A DNA stretch of 32,438 bases from Candidatus Coatesbacteria bacterium (lineage in GTDB: Bacteria; RBG-13-66-14; B26-G2), in the NCBI GenBank assembly GCA_003647715.1, contig QMNJ01000003.1, positions 1-32,438 on the forward strand. Reading direction: 5' to 3'. Position 1 is the first letter of the stretch. The number at the start of each line of letters is the position of its first letter. This document shows, piece by piece, positions 6,290 through 14,917 of the stretch. The position numbers and the translations under genes were made by a program. A model generated the notes under the pieces. That model saw only the letters and a list, made by a program, of their open reading frames with translations. It did no database searches and was not told the origin of the DNA.

Positions 6290-9256
6290 ATGTTTGGAAA
6301 GAAAGGGAAGATCTCGCCCGATGAGTTCGCCGACTTCCTTAATCAGTATTTTGTGGACTACTCTAACCTCCTGGAGAAGGGAGAGAACATAAGAAGCACC
6401 CTGGAGAAACAGATTACAAAAGGAAGTGAACTGGAAGAGAAGATAAACCGTCTTGAGAAAAGCGTCGCCGATAGCGAAGCAAGGATAAACTCAACCACCT
6501 CCAATGCAGAAAGCAGAATGAACTTCATCACCAGCAGGATAGACGAGGTATCCACAATTAAAACCGAATTAGAGCAATTGAAGAGAATCGCAGATGAAAT
6601 CAAGAACAAGGTTGATACATCTTTAGAGAAAGACCCGACCGAGAAGATTGAGCGAGCCAACGCCATACTTGACGACCTATCAGCCCGAGCGGTAATCATT
6701 GAAGAGCGTTATAAGGACATTGAAGAGAAGAGCAAGCGTTTTGAGGAAGTTCTGAACAGAGCCGATGACCTTACAGAAAGAGTAAACAATCTAACCCTGA
6801 CGCTTGACAACCTTAATTCCAAGTCGTCCCAGATTGAGAGCAAGACCACCACTTACGAAGATATCATTAAGCGTATCAGTTCGGACATAGAGCGAGTCAA
6901 CCAGGCGGTAGTGAAGACCGATGTCATTGAGGAGCGACTGGACAGCATTCTCAAGGATGTTAACAATGTTAAATCCCTTATTGACGAACTTCAGAGCGAT
7001 GCAAAAGATACCCGGACCTCAATGGACAAGGTGGAGGAAAAATTTGACCAGCTAAATAGAACAGCAGATACACTTCAGACAAGATTCAAGGATGACTTGA
7101 AGGATATTGAAACGAGGGTTTCAAATGCTTCCACAAGCATCTCTGAGCTGGAGAGCAGATTGAGGGACTTTGAGAGCGTAAAAGATGATATAAGCACCTT
7201 AACTAACCGACTGAGCAACATTGAGAACAGCGTGAACGATGCCTTTGATGTATTATCAAGGTTCAAAGAGGTGGAGGATAAATTAAATACTGTTGAGGGC
7301 AAACTGAACACTCTAAAGAATACATCAGATGAACTTACGGGAAAGACCGAGGAGGCGCAGAGGTCAGTGAGCAGTATATCTGAGAACCTCAACATCTATG
7401 GTCAACAGATTGAAACCTTTACTGGGCAGATAAAGGAGATAGAGAACAATATAAAATCAATTGATGAGAAGGTTGACAAATGGGTTCAGGCGAGAGACCT
7501 CTTTGAGGGCGTGGAGGATACTCTCATTGAACTACGGAAGATGAAGGGAGAAGTAGAGGCGTTCTACAACAGCATGCAGGACTACAAGACCATCTTTGAA
7601 AAGGTTCAAGATGAACATAGCCGGCTGAATGTTCAGATATGGGAGATTGAGAAGAAACTGACCGACATAGACGACAAGATTGTTAGCATCAATGAACTTG
7701 AAACGAAGATAAGGATGCTGGAGGAGAAGCGAGAGAAGCTAACAAGTGATATGAAAGTTCTTGAAGTATGGGAGTCCCGCTTAAAGGATGCCAGCAACTA
7801 CTCTGATGAAGTTGATGACCAGATGAAGAAGATTGAGAGAGGAATAAACCAACTAACCTCAAAGATAGAGTTCATTAGCTCTACCTCCGATGACATAACA
7901 CAATTGAAGGAGAAGGTGGATAGCATCATAAAGGAAAGAGATGAACTGCTTTCCACTGGAGACGACCTCAAGTCGCTTAAGAGCGAGATGGATTCAATTA
8001 TCAACAGATTAGAGCAATACACCCACAAGTTCCCCGAACTTGAGATGCAACAGAAGGGACTGGAAGCCAATCTATTTAATATTGAACAGCGTCTTGATGC
8101 GATAGGTCAGGCAGTGATAAGCGAGAGGGAATTTAACGAGAAATACAATGAGATTATGAACAAGCACTCAGAGCTTGCCAATGTCAAATCGCAGATTGAT
8201 GACTTATCCACTAAACTTGAGAATGTGAGGGACTACAGTGCTTTGTATCAGGAGGTTGAGAGCAGGATAAAACAGTTTAGTGCCGAAAAAGCTCATTTTG
8301 AAAAGTCGGTTGCTGACCTCCATTCATCATTTAGAGCCATAGAAGACGACTTCTCAAGAAAGGTGGCCGATTTCAACCGCGAGAAAACCCTGCTTGAAGA
8401 GAAGGAGCGAGATATTAGGTTCATCCGCAACAATGTTGACAACCTCTACAATCGCCTAAACGAGTTATCAGACCTCCGTGCAAAACTTGACAGAGACATA
8501 AACACCTTGAAGGACAAAGAACAAGACATACTCAGAATAAAAAGTGAAGTAGCGGAGATTGAGAAGATGGAGGCGGACACCAGAGCTATGATGGATACTC
8601 TGGTCAAAACCCGTTCAGAGATAAGTGCTTTTGAGAACGAACTTAAAAATATAAGAACCCATCAGGAGCAGGTAGAATCCACATCCAAGCAGATATCCCA
8701 GATGCTTGACGATGAGCATATTAGGATGAATGAGATGGTATCATTGAGGGATAGTTTCATAACCCTAAGAGCGGAAGTAGAGGAGAAACTAAATGAGCTT
8801 AAGGCAGACAGAAAGGTTCTGGAAGACAGCATTGAAAGGTCTAAGAAAGAAGTAAGTGCACTAATCAGGGAACTTGACGAGAAGAAGGACATTCTGGTGA
8901 CATTGAGAGACAGATTTGACTCCATCAACATGATTATGGATGATATCGACTCACGAACTGAGGAATTAAACGCCAACAGGGATGACCTTGAGAAGATGGA
9001 GAAAGAGATCAACCAGTTGACCACCAGGATGAAAGAAATAACCGAAGATGCAAGCAATATCAACCGGATGGAGAAGGATTTACACAGGATTGAGGAGAAG
9101 ATGAATGAATTGGTGGAGTTGAGGTCAAAGATACTCTCCGAATTAGACGAACTGAGAGCCAAAGAGGCAATAATCTCTGATTTGAACCACAGGATATTGA
9201 ACCTTGAGTCAAAGATGAGGTCATACAAATCTGAGTCAAGAGAGACAGAGGAGTAA
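6290..9256 (+). CDS. Large coiled-coil protein (988 aa) with no ATPase head, signal peptide or TM segment
   Basis: Continuous heptad-like pattern rich in E/K/D/L/I; only 3 Pro and no Cys seen; strong SD AGGAGG at 6276-6281; no Walker A, Walker B or SMC hinge. Confidence 0.85.
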   Translation: MFGKKGKISPDEFADFLNQYFVDYSNLLEKGENIRSTLEKQITKGSELEEKINRLEKSVADSEARINSTTSNAESRMNFITSRIDEVSTIKTELEQLKRIADEIKNKVDTSLEKDPTEKIERANAILDDLSARAVIIEERYKDIEEKSKRFEEVLNRADDLTERVNNLTLTLDNLNSKSSQIESKTTTYEDIIKRISSDIERVNQAVVKTDVIEERLDSILKDVNNVKSLIDELQSDAKDTRTSMDKVEEKFDQLNRTADTLQTRFKDDLKDIETRVSNASTSISELESRLRDFESVKDDISTLTNRLSNIENSVNDAFDVLSRFKEVEDKLNTVEGKLNTLKNTSDELTGKTEEAQRSVSSISENLNIYGQQIETFTGQIKEIENNIKSIDEKVDKWVQARDLFEGVEDTLIELRKMKGEVEAFYNSMQDYKTIFEKVQDEHSRLNVQIWEIEKKLTDIDDKIVSINELETKIRMLEEKREKLTSDMKVLEVWESRLKDASNYSDEVDDQMKKIERGINQLTSKIEFISSTSDDITQLKEKVDSIIKERDELLSTGDDLKSLKSEMDSIINRLEQYTHKFPELEMQQKGLEANLFNIEQRLDAIGQAVISEREFNEKYNEIMNKHSELANVKSQIDDLSTKLENVRDYSALYQEVESRIKQFSAEKAHFEKSVADLHSSFRAIEDDFSRKVADFNREKTLLEEKERDIRFIRNNVDNLYNRLNELSDLRAKLDRDINTLKDKEQDILRIKSEVAEIEKMEADTRAMMDTLVKTRSEISAFENELKNIRTHQEQVESTSKQISQMLDDEHIRMNEMVSLRDSFITLRAEVEEKLNELKADRKVLEDSIERSKKEVSALIRELDEKKDILVTLRDRFDSINMIMDDIDSRTEELNANRDDLEKMEKEINQLTTRMKEITEDASNINRMEKDLHRIEEKMNELVELRSKILSELDELRAKEAIISDLNHRILNLESKMRSYKSESRETEE

Positions 9257-9316
9257 TCAACTTCATATATTGTTGAGATACTAATAGTTAATCAACTGCT
9301 TTAGAAGGAAGGTTTA

Positions 9317-10096
9317 ATGGCAAGGGTTATCTCCATTGCCTGTCAGAAGGGTGGAGTAGGAAAGACGACGACTGCTCTAAATCTTGGAATATCCTTGAAT
9401 ATTCTTGGTAAAAAGGTACTACTTATTGACCTTGACCCACAGGGATGTCTTGGGATTGCCTTTGATATGGACCAGGACTCACTATCACGCGGAATATTTG
9501 AGATGGTAGTCAAGACCTGTGAACCAAAGGATGTGATACATAAGACCGGCATAAAATCACTTCATATTATCGCTAACAATGTCTGGTCAAATCCTGCAGG
9601 TGAGGCGATAAAGAAAGCAATGAGCAATCTACGAGTTCTAAAAAAAGCGGTAAATTCTCTGAGATGTGACTATGATTATATTATAATGGATTGTCCCCCT
9701 TCTATATTTGAGAACACCATAGCCGCAATATACTCATCCGACTCCGTCCTTATTCCTGTCCAGAGCGATTACTATGTGTTTATGGTGTTAGACCAGTTTC
9801 TTCAAACAATTTGTACCATAAAGAAAAGCATCAACCGTGACCTTGAAATTGAGGGACTACTACTCACAATGTTTGATAGTCGCCTTAAGTCATCCAGGGA
9901 GATACTTAAACTCTCATGGGAGCGATATGGTTCTCTGGTATTCAAAACAATAATTCCCAGGTCAACGGAGATAGCCCAGGTGATATATTCAAGAAAGCCA
10001 ATAAGTATATATCTCCCCAAACCATCAAGGGGAGCACTTGCATATCTGTCACTGGCAAGAGAACTGATACAGAAGCAACAGAAAGATAGAAGATGA
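9317..10096 (+). CDS. parA: ParA/Soj family ATPase (orphan)
   Basis: Deviant Walker A QKGGVGKTT, LLIDLDPQG, YDYIIMDCPPS, VLIPVQ, TMFDSR and IIPRS; 259 aa with no N-terminal HTH. Confidence 0.9.
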   Translation: MARVISIACQKGGVGKTTTALNLGISLNILGKKVLLIDLDPQGCLGIAFDMDQDSLSRGIFEMVVKTCEPKDVIHKTGIKSLHIIANNVWSNPAGEAIKKAMSNLRVLKKAVNSLRCDYDYIIMDCPPSIFENTIAAIYSSDSVLIPVQSDYYVFMVLDQFLQTICTIKKSINRDLEIEGLLLTMFDSRLKSSREILKLSWERYGSLVFKTIIPRSTEIAQVIYSRKPISIYLPKPSRGALAYLSLARELIQKQQKDRR

Positions 10097-10578
10097 TTGA
10101 GGGCAAAGCCATAATCCTTGGGAACAATATTGATACAGACCAGATATACCCTGGTAAATATCTGCCCATTACAGACCCTGTTGAGATGGCTCCACACGCT
10201 CTGGAGGGTTTAGCAGAGGACTACTCCGAAAAACTTAAAGGTGCAATAATCATAGCGGGTAAGAACTTCGGGTGCGGAAGTTCAAGAGAGCAGGCGGCTA
10301 TATCGCTTAAATATGCAGGTGTAAATGCAATAGTTGCGGAATCGTTTGCCAGAATCTTCTACAGAAATGCTATAAATCAGGGTATACTGCTATGCCAAGT
10401 TGATAAGAAACCAAAAGCTGGTGATGATGATATCATCAGTATAGATATTGATAACTCCGTCATCATCACACCCTCAGAAAAGGTGAACTTTACTCCACTA
10501 CCTCCCTTTCTTCTGGAGATAATCAACAGAGGTGGTCTCATAGAATATACCAGGGCAATACTCACTGAAGATGAATAG
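10093..10578 (+). CDS. leuD: 3-isopropylmalate dehydratase / homoaconitase small subunit (LeuD/HacB/DmdB type)
   Basis: NIDTDQIYPGKYL, GKNFGCGSSREQA and AESFARIFYRNAINQG; ATGA overlap with parA. Confidence 0.85.
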   Translation: MIEGKAIILGNNIDTDQIYPGKYLPITDPVEMAPHALEGLAEDYSEKLKGAIIIAGKNFGCGSSREQAAISLKYAGVNAIVAESFARIFYRNAINQGILLCQVDKKPKAGDDDIISIDIDNSVIITPSEKVNFTPLPPFLLEIINRGGLIEYTRAILTEDE

Positions 10579-10587
10579 ATAGTAGGT

Positions 10588-11631
10588 TTATAAATTAAAT
10601 CTATACCAGGACTTCTTGAGTTGGTGCAGATCTCCCCTGACAATCATTATCGTCGCCTTCAATATCCCAAAAACCTCCCCTAAACCATAAGATGTATGCA
10701 TAAGCATAGCGCTTAATCCTGTGAGAATACCCTTAACTATCCCATGCTTTCTCGCATTGTTTATAACAAATGCCAGAACTGTAGTGATATATAAGCCGAA
10801 TGGTAAAAAAGATAGAATGAGTGCCCACCACCCACCATAAATAAGTGAAGATACCACAAGCCCAGCAAATAGAATAAAGGATACAGGGAGAATCTGTCTC
10901 AATCTTAAAAAATGCGGGTGGAGATATAGAACTACAGGTTTATAGAACCCATAACCATACATTTGTTTAATGAGCTTGAAAAAACTTCCTCTGACAATAT
11001 ACTTTACAGGCAAGTCAGCAAGCACAATCATTCTCTTCCCCATCTCTCGCATCCGATAGTTGTGCTCTTCATCTGAATTCCTTGTAAGATATGGTATATA
11101 CTCTCCGGCGCTCAATAGGTCCTTCCTCCTATATAAACCAAAAGCAAGGGTGTCAACCAACCTGTCCTCCCGCATTGTCCTGAATGACATTCCAACTCCC
11201 ACAAATGATGACATAGTGATAGCAACTACCTCACCTATAAGTCCCTCCCCCTCCGAGACGAGACGACCACCAACCACATCTGCCCTGCCATCCATCATTG
11301 CAGATACAGTCCTACTTAAGTAGTTAGGTGAAAAGCGGGCATGACCGTCCAGGCGGGTCAATATCTCGCCTTTTATGTTCAGCACCCCCAGCGTCATTGC
11401 ATAGGGCACGGTCTTGCCCCTATTGTCTATAACCCTTATATCAATGCCTCTCCCGCAATACGACTTAACCACTTCCCTGGTATTATCATCGGACATGCCA
11501 TCAACCACCACTATCTCCATCCGCTCGTGGGGATAGTCCTGAGTGAGTATGCTCTCAATCGCACCACCAATGTATCTTCCAGCATTCCTCACCGGCATCA
11601 CAACCGATATAAAGGGAAAATCCCTCATCAC
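10588..11631 (-). CDS. Glycosyltransferase family 2 (ExoA-like)
   Basis: ISVVMPVRN, VVDGMSDDNT, RLDGHA, RNSDEEHNYR and KQMYGYG; C-terminal TM helices. Confidence 0.9.
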   Translation of the reverse strand: MMRDFPFISVVMPVRNAGRYIGGAIESILTQDYPHERMEIVVVDGMSDDNTREVVKSYCGRGIDIRVIDNRGKTVPYAMTLGVLNIKGEILTRLDGHARFSPNYLSRTVSAMMDGRADVVGGRLVSEGEGLIGEVVAITMSSFVGVGMSFRTMREDRLVDTLAFGLYRRKDLLSAGEYIPYLTRNSDEEHNYRMREMGKRMIVLADLPVKYIVRGSFFKLIKQMYGYGFYKPVVLYLHPHFLRLRQILPVSFILFAGLVVSSLIYGGWWALILSFLPFGLYITTVLAFVINNARKHGIVKGILTGLSAMLMHTSYGLGEVFGILKATIMIVRGDLHQLKKSWYRFNL

Positions 11632-12737
11632 AATCTACCACCAACCCTCAGATAGAAGTCCTGATATGACTTCACCATTGCATCCATATCATATGCTCGT
11701 TTCATATACTCCCTCCCCCGTTTACCCATTTCTTCTTTAAGCTGGTCATTATTGATAAGTGTTAGAATCTTATCCGCCAGTTCCACACAATTTCCCCTTT
11801 TGACAACAAAGCCGGATCTACCATCCATGACCAGTTCGGAATTCCCCGGAGCATCGGTCACCACACAGGGCAGACCACTTGCCGATGCCTCTAGTATAAC
11901 ATTGCACATACCCTCCGATATACTGGAGTTCACAAATATATCCATCGCATTATAGTAAGGCGCTGTGTCATCAACTCTACCGGTGAATATGAAGTTATCT
12001 TTAAGACCCCTTTGCTCTACCTCACTTACTGCCCTATCGTAATCAACTCCACCACCCACAATTAGGAACTTAACATTCCTCTGTCTTGAAACTACAATCT
12101 CTGATGCGGATATAAGCGTCCAGAAGTCCTTCTCTGGTCTGATATTCCCAACCCAGCCAATTACAACCTCGTCAGAACCGATACCAACCTCACCCCTCAA
12201 TTTATGTGCATCCCTGGGAGCAAATCTCTCTACATCAACCCCATTAACCAACACCTCTATCCTACCTTCAGGGATTAAATACTTTTTTGACACGGAATCT
12301 CTCAAACCGTATGAATTAACTGTTACAACATCTGCTAAGCGTTGACAAATCCTTAACAAAGCCCTTCTCAATATACTATCACCCCAATCTTCTCCCCAGA
12401 GTGATACAATAAACTTTGAGTTCAAATAAGAAAGGGAAGCGAGAGTCCCCCAGATTATTGCTGTTGATGAAATAAGATGAATAATGTCAGGTTCTATAAA
12501 ATGTAGTAAAGATGACAATTTCAACGCAAATAATGGGTCAAAACCAGGTGATTTATTTATTACATAATGATATTCCGGTAGTTCTCTTCTTTCATTTAGA
12601 CCTCTGTTAAGAGTAAGCAATACCGGATATATGAGTTCACTATTGAGACCATTGAGCATATAAAGTGTCTGCCACTCAGCACCACCCAGCCCTATCTCAG
12701 GCAAAAAAACCAGAACCTTTAATGGTTTTTTCTGCAT
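11628..12737 (-). CDS. Glycosyltransferase family 4
   Basis: GGAE, NGVD, GNIRPEKD and the E-x7-E motif SEGMCNVILEA. The start is more likely ATG 12737 (MQKKPLKV) than 12794. Confidence 0.88.
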   Translation of the reverse strand: MQKKPLKVLVFLPEIGLGGAEWQTLYMLNGLNSELIYPVLLTLNRGLNERRELPEYHYVINKSPGFDPLFALKLSSLLHFIEPDIIHLISSTAIIWGTLASLSYLNSKFIVSLWGEDWGDSILRRALLRICQRLADVVTVNSYGLRDSVSKKYLIPEGRIEVLVNGVDVERFAPRDAHKLRGEVGIGSDEVVIGWVGNIRPEKDFWTLISASEIVVSRQRNVKFLIVGGGVDYDRAVSEVEQRGLKDNFIFTGRVDDTAPYYNAMDIFVNSSISEGMCNVILEASASGLPCVVTDAPGNSELVMDGRSGFVVKRGNCVELADKILTLINNDQLKEEMGKRGREYMKRAYDMDAMVKSYQDFYLRVGGRL

Positions 12738-12797
12738 ATAATCATCAAAATAGTAAACAATTGAATAATATATTCCACTATGTAAAAATATCATAGA

Positions 12798-13823
12798 ATG
12801 AGAGAATTTCTCATCATTTTCTATATCTTTATCTTTCTAATAATAACCCTGAATATACATTCAGAAATAGATGAGATTAATGAATTAAACCTTAAACTTA
12901 CTGATGGTGTCTTAACTGATAGTAGTGTGAATACACTCCTTGCAAATATCAACTATGCGCTTGACAATGGGCTTACTGATAGGGCTGGGGAACTGGCTGA
13001 CTACCTTGATAACCATAAGCCGGTTAATTTACCTTTGAATAGCGAGTTAACCATAATAAAAGCAATATACTCAGAAGGGAATAAAAGTAGGTCAAAAGCG
13101 TATAGTATGCTCAAGAAGATTAAATCAACCATCAGTGATGAAGAAAAAGAACAATTTATAAAATTCATTCAGGATATATCTGTCACGCCCATAAAGAGGA
13201 GGATGGAGATTACGAAAATGGGTTTGAACCCTGTTGACAATTTAACAAAAGAATACAGAATTACTGAAATTATGGACCTCCAATGGTCGGTCAATATTAT
13301 ATGGCTCCTTAAGGATATGGATTCCTCGTCATTTATGGAAGCAAAGAATAATCTAATTGCAGAATTGGATAGAGAGAGAGAGTTTTCTATTGACTTCATA
13401 AACCAGTCATCCCCCCAGATAAGTGTAGAGAGGGCGAAAGATGAAGCATTCGCCGGTATTATTGGCTGGACTAGTGGGGACATAATTCCAGGCAAACTGG
13501 CTCATCTTATAGATGATAGAATGAACATAACGGGTTTTTCAATATGTATTGGACATCCCATAACATTCAAGAGTTTGAGCAGAGCACTTAAAGACCTCAT
13601 AGATTACTCTGAGCCGGAGATAGTTAAGGTTCTGGAATTTACAGAGGAGGACTACACAATTTACCGTTCGGTTGCCAGGGCGACAGCAAGCGTTAAGATA
13701 AGCATATCCCAAATTTTTACTCTTCTTGGATTGAACCCATACAGGTTCAAACCGTTCGTTCCAAAAGCCCCAATAATAGAAATAGAAGAGAAGAGAGAAA
13801 AAGACAAAGACCTTGGTTTATAG
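12798..13823 (+). CDS. Hypothetical exported or membrane-anchored protein
   Basis: 341-aa ORF with a hydrophobic N-terminus (MREFLIIFYIFIFLIITLNIHS); no family recognised. Confidence 0.65.
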   Translation: MREFLIIFYIFIFLIITLNIHSEIDEINELNLKLTDGVLTDSSVNTLLANINYALDNGLTDRAGELADYLDNHKPVNLPLNSELTIIKAIYSEGNKSRSKAYSMLKKIKSTISDEEKEQFIKFIQDISVTPIKRRMEITKMGLNPVDNLTKEYRITEIMDLQWSVNIIWLLKDMDSSSFMEAKNNLIAELDREREFSIDFINQSSPQISVERAKDEAFAGIIGWTSGDIIPGKLAHLIDDRMNITGFSICIGHPITFKSLSRALKDLIDYSEPEIVKVLEFTEEDYTIYRSVARATASVKISISQIFTLLGLNPYRFKPFVPKAPIIEIEEKREKDKDLGL

Positions 13824-13860
13824 TAACAATAATTTATTATATGGTATTATATAGGGAAAT

Positions 13861-14217
13861 ATGAAACATTATTTCAAAATTGTAATAATCTTTCTGGTCT
13901 CCACGATTTTTATTCTTACTACTGGGTGTAAGATAACTGCGGAGAAGCGAGCTGAAGCACTCAACAACTTTGCCCTTATGTGTGCAGACAAAGATGTATG
14001 GAAGGAGGCAGAATATCGCCTCAGGCAGGCAATAGATTTGAAACCTGAGGATGCCCGGCTCCACAACAACCTTGGTATAGTTCTGGAAGCACAGGGTAAA
14101 TTGAAGGAGGCACTCAATGAATACAAGAAGGCGCTCTCCATAGAACCAGATAATAAAATCATAAAAAGAAATCTGAAGGAGTTCATAAATGCACATAAAA
14201 TTGAGGTTGATAATTAG
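13861..14217 (+). CDS. TPR-repeat lipoprotein
   Basis: Lipobox LTTGC; TPR pattern AIDLKPEDARLHNNLGIVLEAQGKLKEALNEYKKALSIEP. Confidence 0.85.
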   Translation: MKHYFKIVIIFLVSTIFILTTGCKITAEKRAEALNNFALMCADKDVWKEAEYRLRQAIDLKPEDARLHNNLGIVLEAQGKLKEALNEYKKALSIEPDNKIIKRNLKEFINAHKIEVDN

Positions 14218-14917
14218 TATTGCTTTGGCTCTACTGCTGGTAACCCTATCTTGTCAGGGAACCACGAAGATAGTGATACCCATATCAGAGGAACCGATTA
14301 TTAAAGCAGAAGAAGGTAAGACCATCGCCATTATCCCCTTCACCGGTGATGATTACGATATTGATGCACTTAAGAAGGCATACACAGAGATATCAAAAGC
14401 ATTAGAGGTGAAGACCAACCTTGTAGTAATAGATAGAGATGAGGTGGAGAAGGAGTTAAAGTCAGAATCAATGAAGGAACTTAAACCGGGCACGAAACAA
14501 TATGGTTATGTTCTGGGCAAACTTCTGAGATGCGACTATGTTATCTATGGTGAACTCACCTTCTTCTCCGAGAGATATAGCGAACAGGGCTATGCACCAA
14601 ACGAAAGATACACAGCAGACCAACCATACGCACCGGAACTCTTGTTCGGACCAAGATATTCCATGTATGACTATGATATTGAAGTTAAATATACTCTGAG
14701 AATAAAACTTACCTGTATAAACATAAAAGAAGCAAAGGAGGTCTTCCACGAAGAGTTTGAAAACTCAATAAACCAATTATACAGCCCCCAAGAGCTTCCA
14801 ATAGACCTTCACAAGCTCTATCAGATATACTCATCACTATTATATAACATAGGTGATGAATTCAGAGAAAAACTCACCCCACATAATATCACTGGAAAGA
14901 GGTACGCCTTTGATTAA
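14189..14917 (+). CDS. Lipoprotein, CsgG/HfaB/LpoB-like fold
   Basis: Lipobox TLSC; pattern TIAIIPF...VVIDRDEVEKEL...LGKLLRCDYVIYGEL typical of the CsgG/TolB-N/LpoB superfamily. Confidence 0.65.
   Translation: MHIKLRLIISIALALLLVTLSCQGTTKIVIPISEEPIIKAEEGKTIAIIPFTGDDYDIDALKKAYTEISKALEVKTNLVVIDRDEVEKELKSESMKELKPGTKQYGYVLGKLLRCDYVIYGELTFFSERYSEQGYAPNERYTADQPYAPELLFGPRYSMYDYDIEVKYTLRIKLTCINIKEAKEVFHEEFENSINQLYSPQELPIDLHKLYQIYSSLLYNIGDEFREKLTPHNITGKRYAFD

Noticed and set aside
6290-9256. Annotating the coiled-coil protein as SMC/SbcC or a phage tape measure
   Set aside because: No Walker A/B, signature motif, hinge or zinc-hook Cys; it is not Ala/Gly-rich and has no phage genes around it.
9254-9297. 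TAATCAACT direct repeat (9254-9262, 9289-9297) before parA as a parS/iteron-like site
   Set aside because: Only two short AT-rich copies, one overlapping a stop codon, with no resemblance to the canonical parS palindrome.
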